In this document: positions 38,107 through 50,100 of the stretch, in pieces
Position numbering within the stretch: the first letter of the stretch is position 1
Layout: each line of letters opens with the position of its first letter
Assembly (NCBI RefSeq): GCF_006345805.1
Contig: NC_043006.1
Coordinates: 2,046,001 to 2,110,000, forward strand
From: Octopus sinensis
Lineage: Eukaryota
Direction: 5' to 3'
Length of the DNA: 64,000 bases
Program-made: the position numbers and the translations under genes
The notes under the pieces: generated by a model
What the model was told of the DNA's origin: nothing
The model's database searches: none
The model's input: the letters and a program-made list of their open reading frames with translations, nothing else

Positions 38107-41100
38107 TATATTTCATTTGTACATATCATGTTTGTGTGTATATATATAGTAGACACACACACATACATATAGATGTATAAGTTGAGTGATATTGTCTGTG
38201 AGAGAGTAGTGGTTCTGTCTTTAAAGAACTTGGTAATAAAATAAGGCTTGTTGTCCACACTGTTATCACTATATTTCATTGTAAAAGAGTTTGTTTTAAC
38301 TGTTTAAAGGGAACAAGTAGAGAAAGACTTACAGTTTGTCGGCTTGATAGTCTTCGAAAACCGCCTTAAAGATGAAACAGCACCAACTATTGAAGTCCTC
38401 AACAGTGCCGACGTCAAAACTGTAATGGTTACAGGTGAGGTATTCCATTATAGCTTCATGGTTCTATATTTTGTTGTAATATTTCTATTTCGTATTATTT
38501 ATATTGTGAAGGTGTGTGGCTTAGTGGTTAAAGTGTTGCACTCACGATTGCTAGATTGTGAGTTCAATTCCCAGACTGAGTTGCATGTTGTGTTCTTGAG
38601 TAAAATACTCCATTTCATGTTGCTCTTGTCCACTCAGCTGCCAATGAGTAATTCTGCTCTGAAATCCTTCTTCATTTTTTAACTCACACTATTGTCCAAC
38701 CCATGCCAGCATGGAAGGTGGATGTTAAATGATGGTGGTGATATTTAATTATTAATTAATTTTTTTCTCTAATTGTTTTTCAGGTGACAACATGTTAACC
38801 TCTTTGTGTGTAGCTCGAAAATGTAAGATGGTTGATTGCAATGATCAAATAATCCTAGTTCAAGCTTTCAAGACAGCAGACAACACTCCCACCTTGGAAT
38901 TTGTTTACACAGAAGAAAAAGACCGGAAAGTCGAAGAGGTGACAGCTACTGTAAGTGTTTACCGTATCATTTAGTTTTTTTAAAATTAAGGCAAAATCTG
39001 GAATCTGAACAAATGGATGACAGTCTAATGTCTGCATTTAGTTCAAAGTAAAGCGTCTTGAGTAACATCAATAAGTTTGGTTTCCATGAGGAATTGGTAG
39101 AGTAGGAAGATCCCTCTCACCAATGTTTCATGTTAAAGGCCCTTCATTTCAATCTAGAGAAATTGGTATGTTCAAGAAATGGCTGAGTAAAGAATTAATA
39201 ATCATTAACTGCTTAGAACCAGATGTGGCTGTATGATTAAGAAGTTAGCTTCCCAACCATATGGTTTTGGGTTCAGTCCCACTGTGTGGAACCCTGGGCA
39301 AGTTTCTTCTAAGGCACAGGTGTGGAACTCTGGTCAAGAAGTTTGTATCCCAATCACATGGTTTCAGGTTCAGTCCCATTGTGTGGAACTTTGGGAAAGT
39401 ATCTTCTACTATGGCTTCAACCAACCAAAGCCTTGTGAATGGATTTGATAGATGGAAACTGAGAGAAGCCTGTCATATATTCACTCAATTTTGTAATCAG
39501 GTGTGTCTATTTTATGTGTGTCATCTTCAGATTTTAGGGTTGTTTGTTGGGTTTCACAAAAGAATGTAGAAAGATATAAAGGTTAGTTGTAAAGCAGATA
39601 TGTCAGGTGTAGTTGTTGTTGATCTTATTTAGCTTTTTTGATGGGGATGTGGAGGTTATAGTTGAGAGTTCAGCTCAGCATTTAAACTTTTGTAATTAGG
39701 TGTGGTTATTTAGGTGTGTCAGCTTTTAGGTCATGGGGTCTTTAAGGGTTCAGCCAGCAGACTTCTTTACTTGTTGTTGGTGTTATGTAGAGATGTAACC
39801 TGTTTGTCTTTGGAAAATGGAGGTTTTAAGTGAAGCATGTATAACTCTATGGTTAGATGTATCAACTTTAAGCTATGGTGTTGTTAGCAGAGGAATCTTG
39901 TGCTTTAATGTTCACAAAAGTATGTTGGTAAGTGTGAAGGTTTGTTGCACAGCAAATTTCTCACTATTAGTGCATTATTTGAAATGTCATTTGATTATAA
40001 AACCAAGATGAACTTGAATGTACGAGAGTCCTTTGATGGCTTACCAGGTTGAAACTGGGAAGTCACTGTCAAAACTTTTTTCATTAAAGTATAATATATA
40101 TATTGGTTATAACTATCATTACCAATGTTTCTGTTTCAATGACATCCCTTCTCTTTTTGATTTTAGGTTGGCAGCACCACCACCTCGATTCATATAGATG
40201 AGGACAGTCAACGTTTCCATTTTGCTGTGACTGGTGATTCGTGGAGTTTAATCAGGGATTATTTTCCTGATGTTCTGTCCAAAGTAAGACACATCAGAAA
40301 TATATACATCACTAGATATATTAACACCTTTCTTTAGACAAATTCTTACCATTTCAAATATATTTCTTGTAACTTATTGTTAGTGACAGAAGCAACATTA
40401 GTTCAAAATAGCAATCTGTGTCTCATACTTAAAGCAGATGTTTTGTCAAAAGCCTGAAAACTGCAGTATTCATTTTGAGAATGTATCTCTTATAGATGTG
40501 TAGAGCTGTATCAGTAACTGACATAAATTGTCCAGCAGCAGTTATACCATTGCTAAATATGTATTTCTACTTCTTTGAGCATCATCAGTAGCAAATATCC
40601 ATTGGGAACTATATGCTAAGACAAATTTAGTATCATTAAAAAAAACAGTGTTTGAAAAACCACTGACTTCACAATTAACAAGCAAGCCTATAGACTAAAT
40701 TTGTTTTAGCATGTAATCACTAGATGGATATTTTCTCTTGATGATGTTCAAAGAAGCAGAAATGCATATTTAGTACTGCTGGATGAGTTTCCTCTATTAC
40801 TGATATATTTCTGTTTTTTTTTTTAACATTATGGATCTGAAGACAAATTCTACATTTTTCAGGCTTTCAATAGTATACCTGCTTTAAATAGCAGATTCCT
40901 ACCTATTAAAATATATTTTTAAAATATATTCTGGCCCATTAAGATATTTCTAGTTAAATATATTCTCTCATCAAAATATATCTTACACGTTAAAATATAT
41001 TTATCTAAATATATTCTTACCCATTAAAATGTCATCATCATCATCATTTAACATCCATGCTCTATGCTGACATGGGTTGGACGGTTTAACAGGATTCAAT

Positions 41101-44100
41101 GTGTCCAAGGACTGCATTGAAGTTCAGCTTCTGCTTTGGCATGATTTTTATGGCTGGATGCTCTTCCTGATGCTGACCACTTGACCGCATGGACTGGATG
41201 CTTGTTGGATTTGGATTATCATCAAGGTTTCTGTAGCTTAGCCTTTTCCTATGTAGGTGTATTGGCCCTCACAAACCCACTTTTTCCTCTCAGAAGAGGT
41301 AGTCTATATTAAGCTGGTCTCTATCCTTTGACCTGTCTTGCATAGGAGACCCTAAAGAAGCTTGCGCTCCACCGGCAAAGCTCTTGAGGTCACTGTGGTA
41401 CGCAAGCTACCACACCACATCAGAACAAGGACTGGACCTTTTCGTGGTACATCAGAAAATAGTAAATACGTAAAGTTTTCAATGATGAAGGTGAACCCAC
41501 TTTTAAGTAGAGATAAATATTACTTTTTGGTAATAATGCTGCTTCTGTCCCTTACAATTATGTTTTCTTAAGTCCGATGGCTATTTGTAACACAAATGTC
41601 TGGTTAGGCACCAAAATTCTGTGTATATCACTAGCAGAGATATTGCATCTGAGCATCTACCATTGACAAGGCTGGGCAAGGCTGAAATCACATCTCAGTG
41701 GTATTGTTGGTGGGTGGTTTATCTCCCTGCTAGTAATGTGAATGAGAGGGCTTAAAAAGCACTAAAAGCCAATGTGAGAGTTCCTCTTATGGTGACTATC
41801 ACAGTATTGTGTGTTCTAACCCAAAATCCAATTTTGGTATTGATACTGGCTATTCATGACACCAATGCACTGAGCTTCTATGTATATCACTTGCAGAGAT
41901 ATTGTTGCTATCTCCAGCATCTGAGCATCTACCACTGACGAGGCCAGGGAAGGCCGAAATCATGTGATCTCGTAGTCTCAGCTGTGGCAAGTGATTCATC
42001 TCCCTGTTAGTGATGTAATGAAGAGTGCTTCTATGAGAGTTTCTGTCCTGGTAATTATTGCAATAATTCTGTTATAGCACAACTCCCACGTTCAAATAGG
42101 GATAAATATTACCTTTTTTCGATATTAACACAGCTTCTGTCACTAATAATTAGGTTATTTATTGTTTCACCAAAGAAATATTAAAGTCAGGAGTTATTTC
42201 TCTGAGTTTCCTTCTTGTGCATCTTTACAGCTCAGTTTATAAACTTCAGCTCTCTCAGTACAAGAGTCATCGATAAGCAATTTGTTGAGAGTATACTGAG
42301 AGACATCATCATCATCATTTAGCGTCTGCTTTCCATGGATTGGACGATTTGACTGAGGACTGGCGAACCAGATGGCTGCACCAGGCTCCAGTCTGATCTG
42401 GCAGAGTTTCTACAGCTGGATGCCCTTCCTAACACCAACCAGTCCGTGAGTGTAGTGGGTGCTTTTTATGTGCCACTGGTACGAGGGCCAGTCAGGTGGT
42501 ACTGGCAACGACCTCGCTCAAATGTTTTGTTCACGTGCCACTGGCACAAGTGCCAGTAAGGTGACGTTGGTAACGATCACACTCAAATGGTGCTTTTTAC
42601 GTGCCACCGGCACGGAAGCAAGACAGCTGCTCTGGTTGTGATCCTGCTCGGAAGAAGCTGTTAGCGCTCCACTGGCACAGGTGCCAGTCATCGAATTTGG
42701 TTCAATTTCGATTTCACTTGTGCCAACAGGTCTTCGCAACCAATGAAATTGTGATTCTGATTGCCATAACATTTCTAAAACTATAAACCTTCAGTTTGAA
42801 GATATTTTTGCTGTATTCATTAATTAACACATCATAAGAATTACCTTTGCATGTTTTGCTGCTCATATATTTGTCTTTGTGTGGATTCATATTTATATTT
42901 CTTTTTTTTTTTTTTGCAGTTGGTGGTTCGTGGTAAAGTGTTTGCAAGAATGGCTCCGAAACAGAAAGCCCAACTGGTTGAAGTACTGCAATCATTAGGG
43001 TTAGTGGACATTGATGAACCCCATCTCCACTTCATCCCCCCTCAATAGGGTCATATTAGTATATTTTATATTTGTTGTTGGTGGTGGTGGTGGTGATGTT
43101 TACTTTCAGTTTCTGTTGTTTGGCCTCAGGTAAATTCGAAACTAGCAAACCAATGCTCAAAGACATTTTGTCCTGACCATTTCACCTTTTCCTTCAGGAA
43201 CAATGATAAGCATGAGCATAGCTGTGTGGTTAAAAAAAATTCACTTCCCAACCACATTGTTTTGGGTTCAATCTCAGTGCATGACACTGTGGGCAAGTGT
43301 CTTGGCAGGCTAAAGACTAAAGTAAATGAATTTAGAAGACGGAAACTGACAGAAGCTCATGTATATAAATGCGATCCGAGGATCTGAATGTAGAAAGTTG
43401 GTAAGCTTCAGCAGTGAGTGGCAGATATGGAGAACAAAAAGTGTACAGTGTACTATAAGAAACAATAACAATTCAGTTAAATTCACCCCCTGGGGGAGTC
43501 AATAAAATGAGTACCAGTTGAACACTGGAGTTCCACCCTACCCTGAACTTGCTGGCCTTGTGCCTATAGTAGAGATAGTTATTATTATTATTATTATTGA
43601 GTGAGAGAGCAGCACATGCCATCAAAGTGACACTGGGGTACAAATATACAAAGCGCAATCTACCCATCATGACTACCCGCCTGATTAGGGTACACCAAGC
43701 ATCACAACCATGTGTACGCAGCATGATGATCTCATATCACGATAAACAGCACATAACCTTGCAGGTGGAACCCAGTTAGAATTTTCTTTGAGTCAAGTAG
43801 CCTGTCCTGCTCAAAAGGTCACTGAATAAGGGTTGTTTAAGGATGTTGAATGTTTCGAGAGGTGAATTATTTATACCCCAAAGAATTCCTCCTCTCCACA
43901 CTTGGCTATGATGCGACCTACCACTGCTCATGATCAGAGATGCACATATTGTCAGCCACCAAGGGACAAGCTCAACTGGTTATGGTCAAATAACTGACAT
44001 TCTGGTATTGAGCAGAATATTTGCTGTAGCCCATATTATTATTATTATCATTATTATTATTAATGTGGCAAGCTAGCAGAATCACCAGCATGCCGGGCAG

Positions 44101-47100
44101 AATGCTTAGTGGCATTTTGTCTGTCTTTACATTCTGAGTTCAAATTCCACTGAAATCATCTTTGTCTTTCAACCTTTCAGGGTCAATAAATTAAGTACCA
44201 GTGAAACACTGGGGTCGATGTAATCGACTAGTCCCCTCCCCCAAATTTCAGGCTTTGGGCCTATATTGGAAAGGACTATTATTATTATTATTATTATCAT
44301 TGTTGTTATTCCTTTTGAAGTCTTTCTAAATATTTTTGGATTTGCTTCCTTGCCAATTCCCGTATTCTTCTTTGTATTTTTGTAAAAGACATGTATTTCA
44401 TTATTATTGCTTTCTTCCCTTTCAGTTACCATGTAGGCATGTGCGGTGATGGCGCCAATGATTGTGGTGCTCTCAAAATTGCCCATGCAGGAATTTCATT
44501 ATCAGAAACTGAAGCATCAGTAGCATCAGCGTTCACTTCAAAAATTCCAACCATCGAATGTGTTCCAACCGTTATCAAGTAGGTACCTCTTGGTATCTTT
44601 CATTTTCCAATTTCTTTTTGGGGCCTTTTTTTTTTACTTGTTTCAGTCACTGGTCTGCAGCCATGCTGGGGCCACTGCCTTGAAGGGTTCAGTCCAGTGG
44701 TTCTCAACAAAGGTCCATATGACCCCTGAAGGCCCATAAATTTTTGAGGGTCCATGTAACAAAATAATAAGTTGGGGATCCACAATAGAAGTTTAAGGGG
44801 CCCTGAAAAAATTTTGGCTTAGATGTCTGTATTGGTTTGTATTGCAAGAAACAACGAGGTTTCTGTCTCTAACGTTTTCCATAGTTCAACCGACACAAAT
44901 TAATGGATGAAAAACAAAATAGGAATTTTGAAAGAAGTTTCTATAAAACTATTTTTTAACCACCGAATGGGTATGGGGGTCTACCAGAATAAAATAGGGG
45001 TCTATAGGTAAAAAATGGTTGAGAGCCCCTGCTTTAGATGTATGCATTGGTATAAAACTAGTTTTTAAACATCAAATGGCTATGGGTATTCACCTGTATA
45101 AAATAGTAATCAAAGGGGTTCATTGATTAAAAAAATGGTTGAGGACCCCTGCTTTAATTGAGCAAATCAATCTCAGTCCTTTTTTAAGTGTGCTCCATTA
45201 CATTTCAATCTATTCAAACTTCGGCTTTATATACATTTATACTTGAATGGTTACAGATTGGATACAAACAGGGTACTTTATTCTCAGTGAAGGTTAGTAA
45301 TGTTCTTAGGGGCCACTAATACATATGGAAAAGGCCCTTATTTAGGTGGGTGCAAGGAAGTAACCTTAACTTCTTTTATCTTTTACTTGTCTCAGTCATT
45401 GGACTATGGCCATGCTGTGGCACCATCTTGAAGGGTTTAGTTGGACATATTGATGCCGTGGCTTATTTTTTAAAGTCTGGTATCTACTCTCTTTTACTTA
45501 ACTGCTAAATCATGGGGATGTAAACGAACCAACACCGGTTGTCAAGCAGTGGTGGAAGACAAACACAACACATAGAAATACACAGATAGACATATATACA
45601 CATACATATATAAATATGATGGGCTTCTTTCAGTTTCCATCTACCAGATCTACTTGCAAGGCTTTGGTTGGCCCAGGGCTTTTGTAGAAGACATTTGCCC
45701 AAGATGCCATGCAGTGGGGCTGAACTCAAGGCCACGTGGTTGAAGCAAGTTTCTCAACTACACTTTCACACCTGGACGAAGCAGCTGTGTTCCAGGCCTT
45801 CACAGGCTCTCCCAGACAGATGACATTTTATGGGTTAATGTTCTTAAAGGGCTACAAGTTACAGCTGCAGGAAATTCATGAGTTTTGTGGGAATTCCAGA
45901 ACATGTGGTTAAGTTGGGGTTTGTGTGCATGAGTTAATTGTCAAGCAAAATTCCACCTGTTTGAATTAACTTCTCTGATGAAATGTGTTTTTTTACCATG
46001 ATTAAATTCAAAGAAATACCCCTAAAATTTACCAACACTGTGTATATTCTTTCTTTCAGACAAGGTCGTGCATCCCTCGTTACTACATTTGGAATCTTCA
46101 AATATATGGCTTGCTACAGTCTCATTCAGTCCACTTCGGTTCTTATCCTATACAAGGTGAGTTTATGGTATTTACTAGAACATCTTAATACTCACAGTTT
46201 ATCATGTGTAATCTTTACAGGAATTGCTGCTGTCATCATCATCATCATCATCATCATCATTTAATGTTTATTGTCCATGCTGGTATGGTTGAATGGTTTG
46301 ACCAGGACTGGCAAGCTGTACCAGATTCTGGTCTGATTTGGCATAGTTTTTACAACTGGATGCCCTTCCTAACGCCAACCACTCCAAGAGTGTAATAGGT
46401 GCCATTATGTGCCAGTCGCGCAACACCAGTATCCGCCACAACTGTGATTTCACTTGGCTTGATGGGTTTTCTTCTCAAGCATGGTATATTACCAAAGATC
46501 TCAGTCTCTAGTCATTGCCTCTGTGAGACCCAATGCTCAAAAGGAGCTAGATGGTGGTTAAGAAGTTTGGTGTTGGGTTCAATCTCACTGTGTGGAACGT
46601 TGGACAATTGTCTTCTGCTATCGTCCCAGGCTGATCAAAGCCTTGTGACTGGAGTTGGTAGAGGATAACTGAATGAAGTTTGTCCCTCATTCATATATAT
46701 ATTTATAGATATACACATTATAGGCACAGGAATGGCTGTGTGGTAAGTAGCTTGCTTACCAACCACATGGTTCCGGGTTCAGTCCCACTGCGTGACACCT
46801 TGGGCAAGTGTCTTCTACTATAGCCTTGGGCCGACCAAAGCCTTGTGAATGGATTTGGTAGAAGGAAACTGAAAGAAGCCTGTCATATACATGTATGTGT
46901 GTGTTTGTCCCTCCCAACATCGCTTGGCAACTGATGCTGGTGTGTTTATATCCCCGTAACTTAGCGGTTCGGCAAAAGAGACCGATAGAATAAGTACTAG
47001 GGGTCAATTTGCTCGACTAAAGGCGGTGCTCCAGCATGGCTGCAGTCAAATGACTGAAACAAGTAAAAGAGTATATACATACATACACACACATGCATAC

Positions 47101-50100
47101 ACTTATACACACACACACACATATATATATACATACACACTCGTATGCACACACATATTTTTCACAATATTGACCTGACCATCTGATGCTGCTACACACC
47201 ACTAATTGCAATGCGCTACCAATTCAGTCTTGAAGTTACCATTCTTTCCCATCTTGACCCAAATCGCTTAACTAAATCATCTTCCCATCCCCAAAGAGGC
47301 TTTCCGAGTGGCCTTTCTCAGTCTTCTGGATACCACTCAGCAATTGCACGGATCCGTCTGTTGTCTGTGAATTTTGCAACAGTCTGGCCAAGCAAAGCTT
47401 GTACTTTTGGTATTCTGAGATCAAATCATTCACTCCACTCCTTTCTCAAACAACACACACACATACCCATGAAGTGTGTTCAAAAAGTATCTGACACAGT
47501 TTTTTTTCCCCCACCAAAACTAATGCCACCCTTCCTGTGTATGCGTGAACATTTCCGCATCAGTAGGCCACCTCAGTTCCTGGCTGCTAAACTCAGAGTA
47601 CAGACGTGTAGGGCATGCTCATCAGATTTTCATTTTCACTGGACACGGCAAGCAGAAATGTTGCATCAAGGTTTGCTAGTTTAGTGATACTGAAGCTCAA
47701 ACCATCCAGAAGATTCAACAGGAATATTATAGTGCCAGTGCATGCATATACAGCTGCGTGCATGCGTGCGCACATACACGCGAGTACTGTCCAAATCTCC
47801 GACCAATCACATACAGCTAGCTGGCATTCAATTGGCGTATCAAGTTTTTGGGCATTTTGATTGGGTTTTGGATAGAAAATTCACAAAAAAGTCACTTCTA
47901 TTCATTTTTTAATGGCTTTGCGGGGTGACTGGGTAAATGTAAAGATGTGCACGACCACCCTTGGACGGTTTTGAATGACTTTAGAAAGTGCGAGCCTCTA
48001 ATTGAAAAATTGTGGATTTGTATAAAGGACACGCAGACATTTTGCTGTTTATATATATAGAGATATAGCTTTCATTGTTTGCTGAAAAGGTCTAATAAGG
48101 CTCAAATATGTACAAAGTTGTCACTGTCACCAAGATTATTCTCCCCTTGCCTATTTCCAGTTTTAATTCTTTTTGATTTAAGTGTTTTTTTCCTTTGCTT
48201 ACAAGTTCAGTCTTGATTATTCCTGTTGAAATATGCTGCCTTTGTTTCAATTCTTTTTTAATATAATAATAAAGAATTTAATAAAGTTGGTGTTGGGAAC
48301 TTATATTTAACATGAAATTTCGAGAGAGGGTTTTCATTTCGACCACTGTAAAACAGTAATTATTTTTTTCATCATAGAAGTATCAATGGCTTCAGGTGGG
48401 TTGATATCAAAAGAGTGAATCAAAGATATTAGAGGCGCAGACATAGCTGTGTGGTTAAGTAGTTTGCTTCTAAATCATGTGGTTTCAGGTTCAGTCCTGC
48501 AGCAGGGCACTTTGGGCATCTGACTTCTACTACAGCTTGACTGACGAAATCCTTGTGAGTAGATTTGGTCAACAGAAACTGAAAGGAAGCTTGTTATTTA
48601 TGTGTGTCTATTTGTACCTCATTGTCTTGACATTATATAATGGTTGTAAATGAGTGTCATTTGCCCAAGGTGTCACTCAGTGAGATTGAACCTGAAACTA
48701 CTTATTTGGGAAGTAAACTTCTTAACCACACAACCATGTATGCACAAATTTTTACAGCTCTTCCTCCACCGACTTAACGATAAAAAAAGGACACAAAAAA
48801 CAAACTTGTACTCACCTTAATTTGCATATATATATACATATATATCCCCCCAAAAAAGCAACAAGGATATCCAAGGTAGAGTAAGTAGTACAATTGTTTC
48901 ATGCTACTTCATTTTATTAAACCCTTGGAAAATTCTATAAGTGGCTGAAGATTGCTCAACATTTTAAAACTGATGCAATACTTACAGTGTTTAATAAAAT
49001 GAAGTAGCATGAAACAATTGTACTACTCTACCTTGGATATCCTTATTGCTTATTTTGATTATAATCACCCCATTTGATTGATATGGATAATACCATACTA
49101 AATTCTGGTGCCTTTAACTTAAGTACCATATTCATCTGAATCTATATATATACATATATATATTTGATCTCTATCCATGAAATTTTGTTTCCAGATCGCC
49201 TGTAACTTAACAGACATTGAATTTCTCTACATTGATCTTTTCATCATCTTGACCCTTGGAGTTACATGTACGTAATTATTTTGCTTTTATAACCTTTTCC
49301 CCTTTTTATAGTTAACCTAGTCTCTCACAAAGGGAAAAAAAAAATGGATAAAATTCCATTCCTAGAGCTACACATAGATTCAGATAAACAGGCAATCCTA
49401 AATTATGGAGATTCTCATAGGACCATACTATTTTATGAGCACTTTCCTTTTTATCAACAATGGTGTGTGATTTAAGAAAATTTGGCTGCTATTTTAATAG
49501 CTTGAATGATTGTGTAGAACAGTGGTTGAGAAACTGTGGCTTCCAGGAAATTTTTTATTAAGGCAGCCTACCTGATAACGAGCCCTATCTCAGGTGGCCT
49601 GCTTCCCAATAAATGCTGCTCATGCCAGGTTTAGAAGCTCTCTCATTAGTTCGTCTGTAATTAGGTATTTCAGCTAGGTACAAATTGGTGTTTTAACCCT
49701 TTAACATCCAAATTACTCTGTTAAATGTGATGCTTATTTGTTCACATTGCTTTGAATTAATCATGCTTTATCTCATAGCGTCAAGAGTTTGATGATGAGG
49801 TAATTTATTTTTAGACTGACATTGTAGGGTAAGTGTGAGGGGTCTGATCTGGTCAGTTTGAACACAAAGCATGTAGAATATTTTGGCTGGCAACGGACTC
49901 CTTTAAATGGTAATGAGTTAAGCAGATTCTGTTGAATTAATGAGAGATTTATTTTCTGGCATTGGTAAATTCACTTTACCCGTCATAAATAAAATACTAC
50001 TAGCTTCCTAGCCATGAGCATATTTCTTTCTCACCCTCTCAACACCACAACGGATGCTGGAGAGAAGCCCTCAACTCAAGCTTTTAGCAGGAGTTCTCTT

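Noticed and set aside
39580-40900. Possible additional retroelement relics in introns 11-12
   Set aside because: Composition is suggestive but I could not read any diagnostic motif
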